Shown in pieces: positions 38,654 to 49,291 of a stretch of DNA of 64,000 nucleotides. The stretch comes from an uncultured delta proteobacterium (lineage in GTDB: Bacteria > Desulfobacterota > Binatia > UBA9968): NCBI GenBank assembly GCA_963804165.1, contig CAWDPO010000014.1:1-64000 (forward strand), in the 5' to 3' direction. The position numbers were made by a program, and so were the translations under genes. The notes under the pieces are model-generated. The model ran no database searches, was not told the origin of the DNA, and worked only from the letters and a program-made list of their open reading frames with translations. The number at the start of each line of letters is the position of its first letter. Within the stretch, counting starts at the first letter, position 1.

Positions 38654-41329
38654 CTAACGATTCAAAAAACGTTCGAGGGCGTCGGGCAGCCACCGTTTGG
38701 CGTCACTGGGCTCGTCCCCTTGTTTCGTTTGCGCGTCTTTGTCGTCGCCGCGTCCCGTTGAACTCGCGCGCAGGGCTTGTGCCAAGGCGCGATTATCGAG
38801 CCGGATTTTGACGTCTGGAATTTTACCCTCCAAGCGAAATGAGATCGCCAGTCTGCCGCGCCGATCCAGCAGATAACGGATGAGTCGATAGTCGCGTTGC
38901 ACCTCTTGAGACAGACGCGGCGATAGAACCAGCAGACCGTTCCACTGGGTCGAGCGGTCAAAGCCGATCCAGCCCGCGCCTGTAATCGTATAATCGGGAG
39001 TCGTAATGACAAGATTCTCAGTGCGAACCTGTTTTTGGTCGACGGTGAAACTGGCCTTTAACGAGTCAAAGGCCGTATCACGTCGGCCGACCAAGCCGGC
39101 AAATCCAGGCGGTAGGCGGGACACTGAAGACTCCGATATCGTGGCACCGCTACCTTTTAACAACAGTTGGCTGACTACGTTGAAATCTTTGATCACACCC
39201 CGTTCGATCGCTGCCTCGCCGGATCCTTTGAGCGCATCTTTAATACTGCTGCCCTCCGTGGTGGCGGCGTCAAATCGGGCGTGACCCTGGAGCTGCCCTT
39301 CGAACCGTCCCGTCAGCGGAGGCGCGAGCTGCGCGATCAAAGCGCGTACTTCCAAAGCGTCGAATGTAGGGGAAAACTCGAGTTGCTGTGTACGCGGGTT
39401 GACGGACGCCCAATAGCCATCGGAGCGGAGTCTGCCATTCAGAACTTGTGCCGAAAGATTTTTAAACGTAAGGCCCTTCGCAGTCAGAACGACGTCGGCG
39501 CGAAGGTCGCGAAATCCGAACTGATTCAAACTGCCTTGCGGCGCGACCACCGATCCGCTGAGCACCAACCGCTCATTTTGTAGCCGCATCACGCCATTCG
39601 CGGTCATGTTTTCGAGTTGAACGGGTGGGCTGGTGGTGAGCAAGGGTAGGTCGGCCAGATCCAACCGAGGGGAACGTAGACTGTAAGCCACGGTCGGTTC
39701 GAGCAGTTTTGGCGCGGTGCCGTGGAGCAGGATCGTGGATCGTCCGATGCGGAATGTCACCTCGTCCAGGCGCGCTTGTTGACCGGTGAAAGAAACTTTG
39801 GCGTTCAAGTCTTCGATCTTTCCGCCGGTGGCTTTTTGTCTAATTTCGGCGCCCGTGAGCTTCAGTTGGCCCTGAGCCGCCCAATCCTCATCGCCCGTAG
39901 ACAACCCCTTTTGGATGGCTATTTTCCACTCGGCCTCGCCAGCTCCAACCACGAAAGTGGCGGACGGGATCAAACCGTTCCACCCGGCCACTGGGCTTTT
40001 CGCGCTATGCACATTGAGCCTGAGCCGCGGCAGGTGTGCGTCATCGATGCTGCCCGAAAAGCCGATCTTTTGCGCGCCGGCGACGAGTTCGGATTCATGA
40101 AATAAAAGCATTTTGTTTCGCCGCGAGATCTGCGTTCTAAGCTCGGCCGGAACGCCGGCGGGCTTGCGTAGCGACTCTTTGTAGCGTAGGTCCGCTTTTT
40201 CGGCGCGCACCAGCGCGCCGATACGAAGATTCTCCCATGTTCCCTCGAAGCGGCCGTAGATGCCGATCGTTCCGTCGGCGACCAATGCGGACGGCAGATT
40301 TTGCTCGAAAAACTTGAGAGTCCGCAAGGGGGCAAGCGCAAGGGGTTCGACGACGAGCTTGCCTTGGATAGCCGCGTCCTCCCACAGCCGGCGCTCGGTG
40401 AAATGAATGCTGCCGTTGACGACGGCGTTGTAATTGGACGAACCGAACAATGGGATTTTAAGCGTGATGTCATCGATGCGCGGTCGCTCCGGCGTGCCGC
40501 GCGCTTTGGCATGGAACGCCATCGGGCCTGTCACATCGAGATCGCCGGGAATCTTGTCCCGCAGCGCGGCCAGAGCGCGCGCGACGACGGGAACATGGAG
40601 CGAATCGAATCGAAGATCGAGATCAATGGGGCGGTGCAGCCAAGAAAGTTCGTTCGGCGCCGGATCGAGTCGTCCGTTGATCTTCACGTCTTGACTGAGA
40701 CTCTCGGTTAACGACGCCGTCAGGCGGATTTTCATCACCTCGCGGGGCCCGAATCCTTTGAGGATCATGGAAAGATGCCTGACGCGAAGCTCCGCTGGTT
40801 CCTTGACCGATCGATCGATGTACTCGACGCGCCCTTCGTCAATCCGGATTTGGTGGATCACGAAGCTCACTGCGTTGTGTTTACGCTCGGATGAGGCGGG
40901 GGGCAGCTTGGGAAACCGGCGCAAGTCGTCTTTGCGGTTCAGCAACGTCGTGAGATTGAGCAATCCCGATTCGTCGGTGATGATCTGAAATTCAGGCTCG
41001 GTGAAAGTCAGCGTGCTGATGACGAACCGTCGGAAAAGCAGGTTCCACACACTGACTCCCAAGATCAGCTCGCGCGCGCGCAGCAGCGGAGTTGCGGCAA
41101 AATGAGAATCGTCGGCGACACGAAATTCTCGGGCGACAAAACCCAATCGGCCGAACCAATGAACTTCCAAACTGTCAAAATTAACGTCCGTGCCGAATAC
41201 TTTTTGCAGCTCTTGACGTACCTGATCGCGATTTCTGCCGGCGAGGGTGTTGAAAGTTTGCACCAAGACAACGGCCGCGATCACCAGGGTCACGGCAATC
41301 AAGACAAGGAATTTTTGCGGGCTTTTCAT
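38654..41329 (-). CDS. AsmA-like (bridge-type lipid transfer) protein
   Basis: N-terminal TM anchor, long beta-rich body, AsmA C-terminus (L.GSG...I..G.I, FDSL.ASF, G.G.IGFD). Confidence 0.82.
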   Translation of the reverse strand: MKSPQKFLVLIAVTLVIAAVVLVQTFNTLAGRNRDQVRQELQKVFGTDVNFDSLEVHWFGRLGFVAREFRVADDSHFAATPLLRARELILGVSVWNLLFRRFVISTLTFTEPEFQIITDESGLLNLTTLLNRKDDLRRFPKLPPASSERKHNAVSFVIHQIRIDEGRVEYIDRSVKEPAELRVRHLSMILKGFGPREVMKIRLTASLTESLSQDVKINGRLDPAPNELSWLHRPIDLDLRFDSLHVPVVARALAALRDKIPGDLDVTGPMAFHAKARGTPERPRIDDITLKIPLFGSSNYNAVVNGSIHFTERRLWEDAAIQGKLVVEPLALAPLRTLKFFEQNLPSALVADGTIGIYGRFEGTWENLRIGALVRAEKADLRYKESLRKPAGVPAELRTQISRRNKMLLFHESELVAGAQKIGFSGSIDDAHLPRLRLNVHSAKSPVAGWNGLIPSATFVVGAGEAEWKIAIQKGLSTGDEDWAAQGQLKLTGAEIRQKATGGKIEDLNAKVSFTGQQARLDEVTFRIGRSTILLHGTAPKLLEPTVAYSLRSPRLDLADLPLLTTSPPVQLENMTANGVMRLQNERLVLSGSVVAPQGSLNQFGFRDLRADVVLTAKGLTFKNLSAQVLNGRLRSDGYWASVNPRTQQLEFSPTFDALEVRALIAQLAPPLTGRFEGQLQGHARFDAATTEGSSIKDALKGSGEAAIERGVIKDFNVVSQLLLKGSGATISESSVSRLPPGFAGLVGRRDTAFDSLKASFTVDQKQVRTENLVITTPDYTITGAGWIGFDRSTQWNGLLVLSPRLSQEVQRDYRLIRYLLDRRGRLAISFRLEGKIPDVKIRLDNRALAQALRASSTGRGDDKDAQTKQGDEPSDAKRWLPDALERFLNR

Positions 41330-41483
41330 CGCGCGAGCGATGGTAGATCAGAGACAATTCGAAAAAAAGATAAGCTTAGGTTCGGATGTCGAATCCTGAT
41401 GTCCGCCGGGGCGGATTGGATTGGCGCCAACAATTTACGATACCGGTTACGTGAGCATGAATCCAACGGTCTGACCGTACCAC

Positions 41484-42686
41484 TCAATTCATGCGTTCCA
41501 CGATCGTGGCGATGCCTTGCCCCACGCCGATGCACATAGTTGCGAGGCCGTAGCGGCAGCCGCGCTTTTGCATTTCGTGAATCAGCGTCGTCATGAGACG
41601 CGCGCCGCTGCAGCCGAGCGGATGGCCGAGGGCAATGGCGCCGCCGTTGACGTTCAACTGATTCAGATCGATGCCGAGCTCGCGGGCGCAGGCGAGCACT
41701 TGGGAGGCGAAGGCTTCATTCAATTCGACCAGATCGATCTGTTCGATGGTCAAACCGGCGCGTTTGAGCGCTTTCTGTGTCGCCGGTATCGGCCCGATAC
41801 CCATATAATTCGGATGGACTCCGGCCGCCGCGGACGCGACGATGCGCGCCAGCGGTTTGAGCTTCAACTGTGCGGCTTTCTGCGGTGTAGTAACGAGGAG
41901 CGCCGCGGCGCCGTCGGAAAGCGGCGAAGAGTTTCCCGCGGTTACGGTGCCGCCTTTCTTGAACGAAGCTTGGAGGCCGGCAAGGATCTCCAGCGACGTG
42001 TCAGCGCGCGGCCCCTCGTCTTTATCGTGCACCAGCGGCGCGCCTTTGCGCTGGGGAATTTCGAACGGAACGATCTCGTCTTTAAGGCGGCCGTCTTTTT
42101 GCGCTTTGAGGGCTTTTTGATGGCTGGCGAGCGCGAGTTTGTCTTGATCTTCTCTGCTGATCTGGTACTTGTCCGCGACGTTTTCCGCGGTCTCACCGTT
42201 GTTGATCAAAGAATATAGTTCGGCCATGCGCTTGTTGGGAAAACGCCAGCCGAGCGAGCTGTCATACATCTGCACATCGCCGCGCTGGTAAGCATTCGCC
42301 GGTTTGCCCATGACCCAGGGACCACGGGTCATGCTTTCGACGCCGCCGGCGACAAAAAGATCGCCGTGATCGGTCTCGACCGCTCGGCCCGCTTGATTGA
42401 TCGCTTCGAGCCCCGAGCCACACAGACGGTTCACTGTCGCGCCGGGAATCGTGTACGGCAGGCCGGCCAGCAAAGACGCGTTGCGCGCCACGTTGCGCGA
42501 GTCTTCGCCGGCTTGATTGGTGCAGCCAAAGTAGACGTCCTCGATCTCGTCCTTATTGATGCCGGTCTTTTCGACCAGCTTGCCGATGATGAACGCGGCG
42601 AGATCGTCGGTGCGAACGTCTTTAAAAATGCCGCCGTGCCGGCCCATCGGCGTGCGCACGGCTTCAACGATGACGGCTTCTCTCAT
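41484..42686 (-). CDS. paaJ: Thiolase, PaaJ/PcaF (3-oxoadipyl-CoA thiolase) type
   Basis: [49 protein letters not shown]. Confidence 0.88.
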   Translation of the reverse strand: MREAVIVEAVRTPMGRHGGIFKDVRTDDLAAFIIGKLVEKTGINKDEIEDVYFGCTNQAGEDSRNVARNASLLAGLPYTIPGATVNRLCGSGLEAINQAGRAVETDHGDLFVAGGVESMTRGPWVMGKPANAYQRGDVQMYDSSLGWRFPNKRMAELYSLINNGETAENVADKYQISREDQDKLALASHQKALKAQKDGRLKDEIVPFEIPQRKGAPLVHDKDEGPRADTSLEILAGLQASFKKGGTVTAGNSSPLSDGAAALLVTTPQKAAQLKLKPLARIVASAAAGVHPNYMGIGPIPATQKALKRAGLTIEQIDLVELNEAFASQVLACARELGIDLNQLNVNGGAIALGHPLGCSGARLMTTLIHEMQKRGCRYGLATMCIGVGQGIATIVERMN

Positions 42687-43429
42687 GGCTTCACCTGACC
42701 TTCCCTATACGGATAAAATCCTCTGCCGCTGATCTCGCCGAGAAAACCGGCGATAACGAGTTTTTTCATCAGCGGCGCGGGCCGATAGCGGTCGTCGCCG
42801 GTCTCGCGGTGCAATCCTTCGAGTACCGCCAAGACTTCGTCCACGCCGATCTGATCAGCCCATTTAAGCGGTCCCTGCGGATAGTTGACGCCGAGACGCA
42901 TCGCCACATCGATCTCTTCGGCCGAAGCTACCCCTTCTTCCAGGCTTCTGGCAGCTTCATTAATAATTAAGCTCAAAATGCGCGGAAAAGTAAGCCCGGG
43001 ACTGTCTTTCACGCGGACGGACTCTTTGCCGAGCGATGCAAACAACTGCTCGGCTTGCCCGAGCGCCGAGTCGCTGGTGCGCAAGCCGGCGGCCAATTCG
43101 ATCAGGCGGCGATCTTTGAGCGGATAAAACGTCGCGAAGCCGACTATCCGGTCAGGTTTTTTGAGCCACGAAGCCATTTGCGTCGTCGAGAATCGCAAGC
43201 AGGAAGTCACAATCACCGAGGACGCCGGCAAAGACGCATCGAGTCGCTGGAGCAGCGCGCGCTTTTTATCTTCGGCGCCGGTCTCGCTATCGATCACGAA
43301 ATTCGTCGTCGACCCAACCGCCGTGGCGTCACTGAGATGCGTCGCCTCAAGACCCTTGGCTTGAGCCAACGCCAGCAACTCATCCGCTAACCGGCTTTTG
43401 CCGATGATCGCCAGGCTACTTTTTGTCAT
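42683..43429 (-). CDS. paaH: 3-hydroxyacyl-CoA dehydrogenase, C-terminal half of PaaH
   Basis: Degenerate Rossmann domain, then D.PG....RI...[26 protein letters not shown]. Confidence 0.75.
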   Translation of the reverse strand: MTKSSLAIIGKSRLADELLALAQAKGLEATHLSDATAVGSTTNFVIDSETGAEDKKRALLQRLDASLPASSVIVTSCLRFSTTQMASWLKKPDRIVGFATFYPLKDRRLIELAAGLRTSDSALGQAEQLFASLGKESVRVKDSPGLTFPRILSLIINEAARSLEEGVASAEEIDVAMRLGVNYPQGPLKWADQIGVDEVLAVLEGLHRETGDDRYRPAPLMKKLVIAGFLGEISGRGFYPYREGQVKP

Positions 43430-44282
43430 AGCTGTAGAAACCCCGGCCGGTTTTGCGGCCGAGATTGCCGCCCGATACCATGCGTTGTTGGATCGGACTT
43501 GGACGGAATCGTGGATCTTCAAAAAACGAGCGGTAGAGCGACTCGGTGGCGGCGAAATTGACATCGTTGCCGATCAGATCCATCAGTTCGAACGGTCCCA
43601 TACGGAAATTGCCCGCTTCTTTCATGATGCGATCAATCACTTCCACCGAAGCGTCGCCGTCGCCGAGAATGCGCAAGCCTTCATTGTAGAACGGCCGGGC
43701 GACGCGATTGACGATAAACCCGGGCGTATCCTTGGCGCGCGCCGGCGTTTTTCCCATCGCTTTCATGAGCGCGGTCGCCTTCTCGATGGTGTCCGCGCTG
43801 GTACGATCCCCTTGAATGACTTCCACCAACGCCATCAACGGCGGTGGATTGAAAAAGTGCAAGCCCAGGACTCGTTCCTGGTTCCGTGTGCTGGCCGCGA
43901 TGGCGGTGATGTTGAACGACGAAGTGTTGGTTGCCAAGAGCGTCTCGGGAGCGCAGATCACGTCGAGCTGCTTGAAAATCTCGCGCTTGAGGTCGAGTTT
44001 CTCTGGAGCCGCTTCGATGACTAAGGTTGCGTCCCTGCAATCTTCGAGGCTCGTCGTAGTTCGAAAGCGCTCGAGAATTTCTTGTTCCTGTTCGGCGGTC
44101 AACCTGCCGCGCGTGCGGCTTCCTTGCAAAAAAGTTCGCACTCGATCCAAACCGGCGTCGATAAATTCTTGCTTGACGTCATAAACCAGGGTCTCGTAGC
44201 CGGCTTGCGCCGAGACTTGCGCAATCCCCGCGCCCATGGTGCCGGCGCCAAGGACGGCGATCTTTTCGGTTTTGTTGGCCAT
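43416..44282 (-). CDS. paaH: 3-hydroxyacyl-CoA dehydrogenase, N-terminal catalytic half of PaaH
   Basis: [65 protein letters not shown]. Confidence 0.88.
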   Translation of the reverse strand: MANKTEKIAVLGAGTMGAGIAQVSAQAGYETLVYDVKQEFIDAGLDRVRTFLQGSRTRGRLTAEQEQEILERFRTTTSLEDCRDATLVIEAAPEKLDLKREIFKQLDVICAPETLLATNTSSFNITAIAASTRNQERVLGLHFFNPPPLMALVEVIQGDRTSADTIEKATALMKAMGKTPARAKDTPGFIVNRVARPFYNEGLRILGDGDASVEVIDRIMKEAGNFRMGPFELMDLIGNDVNFAATESLYRSFFEDPRFRPSPIQQRMVSGGNLGRKTGRGFYSYDKK

Positions 44283-44290
44283 CGCTTTAC

Positions 44291-44352
44291 TGTTTCGAGT
44301 TTCGGGTTCAACGTTTCAGGTTACACTGAAAGCACGAAACCCAAAACTGATT
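44291..44352. repeat. Intergenic palindrome of ~7-bp units
   Basis: TTTCGAG TTTCGGG TTCAACG TTTCAGG facing CTGAAAG CACGAAA CCCAAAA. Confidence 0.5.
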
Positions 44353-44354
44353 TT

Positions 44355-45134
44355 TCACTTTCCGGTAAACATCGGCGCGCGCTTCTCTAAGAACGCTTTC
44401 ACACCCTCGTCGTAGTCGGTGCTTCTGCCGGCGATTTCCTGCAGTTGCGCCTCGTATTCGAGATCGCTTTCGAGGTTCGCTAAGTGAGCATGATTGACCG
44501 CGCGCTTGATGAGGCCTATGCCGCGCGGCGCGCGCGCCACTTGCTCCGCCAATGCTTTCGCCGCCTCTGCAAATTCCGTGGAGGGAAACACCCGCGCCAC
44601 CAAGCCGATGCGCTGCGCTTCCTTGGCATCGACGGTGTCGCCGAGGAGCAAAAGCTCCATCGCTTTGCTGAGGCCGACGAGGCGCGGAAGAATGAAACTG
44701 CCGCCCGAATCCGGCGCCAAGCCGACGCGCACGAACGATTGGATGAATTTTGCCTCTTCGGACGCGACGCGCAGATCGCAGGCGAGCGCAAAGTTGCAAC
44801 CGGCGCCGGCGGCGACGCCGTTGACCGCCGCGATGACGATCTTTTCCATCTGGCGGATCTGGCGGATCATCGGATTGTATTTCTCGCGCAGCGAAGCGCC
44901 CAGGGAGCCTTTTTGCTCGGGTGTTCTGCCCTTGAGGTCCTGGCCGGCGCAGAACGCGCGGCCCGCGCCGGTGATCATGAAACAGCGCACTTCCTTGTCC
45001 CGCTCGCCGTCTTTCAGCGCTTCGAGCACTTCTTTGTTCATCTGCGGCACAAACGCATTCAGTGACTGCGGCCGGTTCAATGTAATCGTCGCAACGCCGC
45101 TCTGCTTGTCGTAGAGGATGGTCTCGTAGGCCAC
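44355..45134 (-). CDS. paaG: Crotonase family, PaaG-like (oxepin-CoA isomerase)
   Basis: GRAFCAGQDL, YNP, NGVAAGAG.N.ALACD, F..VGL.PDSGG with the PaaG catalytic Asp; GTG start. Confidence 0.82.
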   Translation of the reverse strand: MAYETILYDKQSGVATITLNRPQSLNAFVPQMNKEVLEALKDGERDKEVRCFMITGAGRAFCAGQDLKGRTPEQKGSLGASLREKYNPMIRQIRQMEKIVIAAVNGVAAGAGCNFALACDLRVASEEAKFIQSFVRVGLAPDSGGSFILPRLVGLSKAMELLLLGDTVDAKEAQRIGLVARVFPSTEFAEAAKALAEQVARAPRGIGLIKRAVNHAHLANLESDLEYEAQLQEIAGRSTDYDEGVKAFLEKRAPMFTGK

Positions 45135-45150
45135 GCTGAAACCCCGTCGC

Positions 45151-45924
45151 CTATTTACCTTTGAATTCCGGCTTGCGTTTTTCGAGAAACGCCTTCATGC
45201 CTTCGCTGCGGTCTTCAGAGGCGAATAGTAAGTAAAACGACTTGCGCTCGAAGTCCAAGCCTTCGTCGAGCGGAGCGTTGGCGGCTTTTAGCACTGCTTC
45301 TTTGGCGGCCTTGATGGCGAGAACCGGCTTGGCGGCGATCTTCCTGGCGATGTTTTTCGCTTCCTCCAAAAACAACTCTACCGGTAACACGCGACTCACG
45401 AGACCCAAACGCTCTGCGTCGGCGGCGCTCAGGATGTCGCCGGTGAGCACGAGCTCCATGGCGCGGTGTTTGCCAAGAACATGCGTCAAGCGTTGCGTGC
45501 CGCCGCTGCCGGGGATGATGCCGAGGTTAACTTCCGGCTGACCGAAGCGCGCGGTCTCCGATGCAATGATGATATCGCAGCTCAGCGCCAATTCACAGCC
45601 GCCGCCGAGGGCGAAGCCGCTAACCGCGGCGATGACAGGTTTGGTGATTTGGTTAATTTTATCGCGATAAGCGAGCCGTTCCTGAATTCTTTCGTCGAAC
45701 GGCCCGCGCTCCGCCATCTCTTTGATATCCGCTCCCGCCGCGAAGACTTTTTCTCCGCCGGTGATGATGATCACCCGAACTTCATCGTCTTGATCGAGCT
45801 CCTGCATGGCCAGAGAAAGATCTTTGACCAGCGCATAAGAGAGAGCGTTTAACGCTTGCGGACGGTTGAGCGTGACGACGGCGGTCGGACCGTCCTTTTC
45901 GACCAGGACGTTGTCGAAATTCAT
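45151..45924 (-). CDS. paaF: Enoyl-CoA hydratase, PaaF-like
   Basis: [39 protein letters not shown]. Confidence 0.85.
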   Translation of the reverse strand: MNFDNVLVEKDGPTAVVTLNRPQALNALSYALVKDLSLAMQELDQDDEVRVIIITGGEKVFAAGADIKEMAERGPFDERIQERLAYRDKINQITKPVIAAVSGFALGGGCELALSCDIIIASETARFGQPEVNLGIIPGSGGTQRLTHVLGKHRAMELVLTGDILSAADAERLGLVSRVLPVELFLEEAKNIARKIAAKPVLAIKAAKEAVLKAANAPLDEGLDFERKSFYLLFASEDRSEGMKAFLEKRKPEFKGK

Positions 45925-46046
45925 AAACGTTGAGGTTTTAGACATACACCATGGCGGGGGTCGATTCAAGAAACTGTGCGAAACGGCAAGTGCTGGAAAA
46001 AAATCGACTCAATGCCAATTCGCCCGTCGTAAGTGGCAAACGCATA

Positions 46047-46059
46047 GTGTCATTGACAC
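46047..46059. promoter_or_regulatory. Palindrome containing a -35 TTGACA; candidate TetR operator
   Basis: GTGTCA-T-TGACAC between the divergent paaF and TetR genes. Confidence 0.4.
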
Positions 46060-46092
46060 CCCTAGGCCGATTTGCAAATATCGAATCCATCC

Positions 46093-46776
46093 ATGTCGAT
46101 TCGTCTCGAACCCGCAACCCGTCAGTACGACGAAAAGCTGCAGCAGATTCTCAAATCCTCGGCCAAGATTTTTGCTGAAAAAGGTTTTCATCATACCTCG
46201 GTGCGCGACATCGCGCGGGCGACGAAGATGAGTCTGTCCGGATTGTATTATTACTTTACCACCAAAGAAGAATTGCTCTTTTTGATCCAAGAGCGCTGTT
46301 TTTTGACCCTGCTACAGCGTTGGGAACACGCGGCACAGGCGGACCTCGACGTGCGCGCGCGTATCCGCGCCTTCGCCGAAAATCACTTGAGTTTCTTTCT
46401 GCACAACATGCCGGAGATGAAAGTGATGGCGCACGAGGATGAGTCGCTTACCGGCGAATTCAATGACAAGATCCTCGTGCTCAAACGTCGCTACGTCAAG
46501 GTGATCATGGATCTCATGGGCGAATTGCAGAAACAAGAGGGAGCCAAAGGCATCGATTTGCGGGTGGCGACGTTTGCCCTGTTCGGCATGATGAACTGGA
46601 TCTATACCTGGTACCAACCCAAGCGCGATCTGGGGTTGCCCCAGCTGATCGAGCAGATGTTGCGAATCTACTTCTTCGGGCTGCTCAAATCACCGGGCGC
46701 GCAGGAAGAATGGTTCACAGCGAGAGCGGGGTCGAGTGAAAAGAACAAATTTTCCCTTTGGCAGAATATTCCTTAA
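46093..46776 (+). CDS. TetR family regulator (KstR2/PaaR-like)
   Basis: FAEKGFH.TSVRDIA....MS..GLYYYF.TKEELL HTH; GMMNWIYTWY C-terminal motif. Confidence 0.9.
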   Translation: MSIRLEPATRQYDEKLQQILKSSAKIFAEKGFHHTSVRDIARATKMSLSGLYYYFTTKEELLFLIQERCFLTLLQRWEHAAQADLDVRARIRAFAENHLSFFLHNMPEMKVMAHEDESLTGEFNDKILVLKRRYVKVIMDLMGELQKQEGAKGIDLRVATFALFGMMNWIYTWYQPKRDLGLPQLIEQMLRIYFFGLLKSPGAQEEWFTARAGSSEKNKFSLWQNIP

Positions 46777-46805
46777 ACCGGCAGTATTGGAAGTGAGGCG
46801 CAAAC

Positions 46806-47339
46806 ATGGGCTTGTTACGAATCGGCGACAACGCGCCCGACTTTAACGTTGAAGGTATTTTTCAGGGGAAAGTCGCGGAGTATTCGCTTGCAAGCTGCAA
46901 GGGGAAGTGGTTGGTGCTGTTTTTCTATCCCGCCGACTTCACCTTCATTTGCCCCACAGAGGTCACCGGTTTCAGCAAGATGGCCAAGGCGTTCGCCGCA
47001 GAATCCGCGATGATTTACGGCGCGAGCGTAGATTCCATCGATAGCCATCGCTCGTGGGCGGAAGAGCTCGGCGGTTTGGAATATCCGCTGCTGAGCGACA
47101 CGGGTAAGACGCTGAGCAAGGCGTACGGCGTTCTCGACGAGAAAGAAGGCGTCGCTTTGCGCGCGACCTTTATCATCAATCCCGCCGGGGTCATCTACTA
47201 TCAGGTCATGAGCCACGTCAACGTCGGACGCAGCGTGGAAGAAACATTGCGCGTGCTCAAGGCGCTGCGCACGGAGCGCTTGTGTCCATCCGATTGGCAG
47301 CCAGGGGAGGCGACCGGTGATCTGGGATTGAAGTATTAG
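46806..47339 (+). CDS. ahpC: 2-Cys peroxiredoxin
   Basis: FFYPADFTFICPTE, RATFII, GRSVEE.LR, LCPSDW. Confidence 0.92.
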   Translation: MGLLRIGDNAPDFNVEGIFQGKVAEYSLASCKGKWLVLFFYPADFTFICPTEVTGFSKMAKAFAAESAMIYGASVDSIDSHRSWAEELGGLEYPLLSDTGKTLSKAYGVLDEKEGVALRATFIINPAGVIYYQVMSHVNVGRSVEETLRVLKALRTERLCPSDWQPGEATGDLGLKY

Positions 47340-47430
47340 GTCAATGGAAACCTTGCCATTCACAATTCACGTGCCAAGAATTATCCCGCGCCCTTTATCT
47401 TTTCATTTTCCCCTTTCCGCTTGATTCCCG

Positions 47431-48159
47431 ATGGCTCTAGCAGCGATCCAACGAAAAAAGCGGGTGATCGAGAGCCGATCGCGGATTCGCGAGTTCGTCT
47501 TCGGCATTCAAGACGGTTTGATCAGCACGGTCGGTTTGCTCGCTGGCGTGCAGGGGGCGACGGAGAACAACGTCGTGGTGATCGTCACCGGACTCACCGC
47601 GATGTCTTCGGGAGCGATTTCAATGGCGGCGGGTTCGTATCTGTCCTCGGGAGCGCAGAAAGATATTTTCGACAAAGAAATCGCCGATGCCGAAAGGCTC
47701 GCCGATCGCGAACCCTATATCGCGGCGGAAGGCTTGCTCAACGCACTCGAACAGGAGGGATTGAGCAAGGAGCACGGCTACCGGCTGGTTAAGGTCTTGC
47801 TTCAAGAGCGAAACGTTTTTCTGCGCACGTTTCAGGAAAAAGTCTTCGGGTTGGGCAGCGCCGAAGTCAATCAGCCGATTGCGGCGGCGCTCGTGATGGG
47901 GCTCTCGTTCGTGGTCGGCGCATTTGTGCCGATCTCGCCGTATATTTTCTTGAGCGGTGTGCCGGCGCTCTATCTTTCGGGTTTGTTGAGCGGGATTACG
48001 CTCTTCGGTGTCGGCGCGTTCAAAGGATATCTGGCGGGCCAATCGCTGTTAGTTTCCGGATTGAAATTCTTCGCGATCGCCGTCAGCGCCGCCGGCGTGG
48101 GTTACCTGATCGGCCTCGTCGTGCAGTATTTTTTTCCGGGGATATCTGTTCCGACATAG
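47431..48159 (+). CDS. VIT1/CCC1 iron/manganese transporter family
   Basis: REFVFGIQDGL, GAISMAAGSYLS, C-terminal TM helices. Confidence 0.9.
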   Translation: MALAAIQRKKRVIESRSRIREFVFGIQDGLISTVGLLAGVQGATENNVVVIVTGLTAMSSGAISMAAGSYLSSGAQKDIFDKEIADAERLADREPYIAAEGLLNALEQEGLSKEHGYRLVKVLLQERNVFLRTFQEKVFGLGSAEVNQPIAAALVMGLSFVVGAFVPISPYIFLSGVPALYLSGLLSGITLFGVGAFKGYLAGQSLLVSGLKFFAIAVSAAGVGYLIGLVVQYFFPGISVPT

Positions 48160-48169
48160 AATTCGATCG

Positions 48170-48292
48170 CCCTCACCCTTCCCTCTCCCGCCTCGCGGGC
48201 GAGGGTTTATTGCAAGTGCAGCAAAAAGATCACTGAACCTTCGTTCGAAGATGATTCTATTTCCTTGCTCTCGAGAGGATGAACGTGAGGGT
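48170..48292. repeat. REP-like palindromic element between convergent genes
   Basis: CCCTCACCCTT-CCCTCTCCCGC-CTC-GCGGGCGAGGG, with a degenerate inverted copy ending GTGAGGG. Confidence 0.65.
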
Positions 48293-48310
48293 GTCGCAAG
48301 ATGAGGTTGA

Positions 48311-49192
48311 TCAGGCTTTAATCAAGCTACGCAGCAGCGTCAAGTTTTCTCTGTCTTCTTTGAGATCCGGTCCCTTCGGCGTTTCGAGGCACATGGGCAA
48401 GCCCCAAAAGCGCTTGTCATTCATGAGCAGACGAAAGGCTTCGACGCCGATGAAGCCCTTGCCGATATGCTCGTGGCGATCGACGCGGGAATAGAATTCC
48501 TTTTTTGAATCGTTGAGGTGAAACGCGGCTAATCGGTCGATGCCGATCGCGTCATCGAATTCGTCGAACGTGCGCTCGTAGCCTTCCTTCGTGCGAATGT
48601 CATAACCGGCGGCGAAGGCATGTTCGGTATCGAAGCAAACGCGCAGGCGATCGCTTTCGTGCGTGGCATCGATCATATTGGCGATTTGCTCGAAGCGATA
48701 GCCGAGATTAGAACCTTGACCCGCGGTGATTTCGAGCGTGATCGTCGCGCGATAACCTGGACACGCTTTGTGAACTTCGTCCAACGACCTGGCGATCGTC
48801 TTGATGCCCTCGGTTTCTCCCGTGCCGACGTGGGCGCCGGGATGAGCGATTAGATTGGTCACGCCCAAAACTTCGCAGCGCTCGAACTCATCGATGAAAG
48901 CCGCCACGGAGCGCTTGTGCAGGGCCGGATCCGGCGAGCCGAGGTTGAGTAAATAGGAATCGTGCGCGACGACGCTCTCGATGCCGGTTTCCTTCTTGTT
49001 CGCATGGAATTGCGCAATCTCTTCTTTGGTATAGGGGGTGGCCGCCCATTGGCGCGAGGACTTGGTAAAAATTTGAATCGCGTCGCAGTCGACTTTCTTG
49101 CCTTCGAGAAAGGCATTGCCGACGCCGCCGGCAATCGACATATGTGCGCCCAAAAGTGGACCGCGCGGTTTCGGCTTAGTCTTAGTAACCAT
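48311..49192 (-). CDS. nfo: Endonuclease IV
   Basis: LGAHMSIAGG, HDSYLLNL, HPGAH, LEITAGQG, CFDTEHAFAAGYD, HLNDSK, DRHEHIG.G. Confidence 0.95.
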   Translation of the reverse strand: MVTKTKPKPRGPLLGAHMSIAGGVGNAFLEGKKVDCDAIQIFTKSSRQWAATPYTKEEIAQFHANKKETGIESVVAHDSYLLNLGSPDPALHKRSVAAFIDEFERCEVLGVTNLIAHPGAHVGTGETEGIKTIARSLDEVHKACPGYRATITLEITAGQGSNLGYRFEQIANMIDATHESDRLRVCFDTEHAFAAGYDIRTKEGYERTFDEFDDAIGIDRLAAFHLNDSKKEFYSRVDRHEHIGKGFIGVEAFRLLMNDKRFWGLPMCLETPKGPDLKEDRENLTLLRSLIKA

Positions 49193-49284
49193 TGGAACAC
49201 CTGGAACAATTGAAACGATTGGAACGAATTCGTGGCGCGGCCTGGTTCCAGTCGTTCCAATAGTTCAAAATGTTCCAGACGTTT
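49193..49284. repeat. Palindrome of 9-bp periodic units
   Basis: Four TGGAAC-type units at 9-bp spacing followed by four GTTCCA-type units at 9-bp spacing. Confidence 0.75.
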
Positions 49285-49291
49285 AGGATAA

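Noticed and set aside
49193-49284. Possible mini-CRISPR
   Set aside because: Units are 9 bp with no unique spacers, are arranged as a palindrome, and no cas genes are present.
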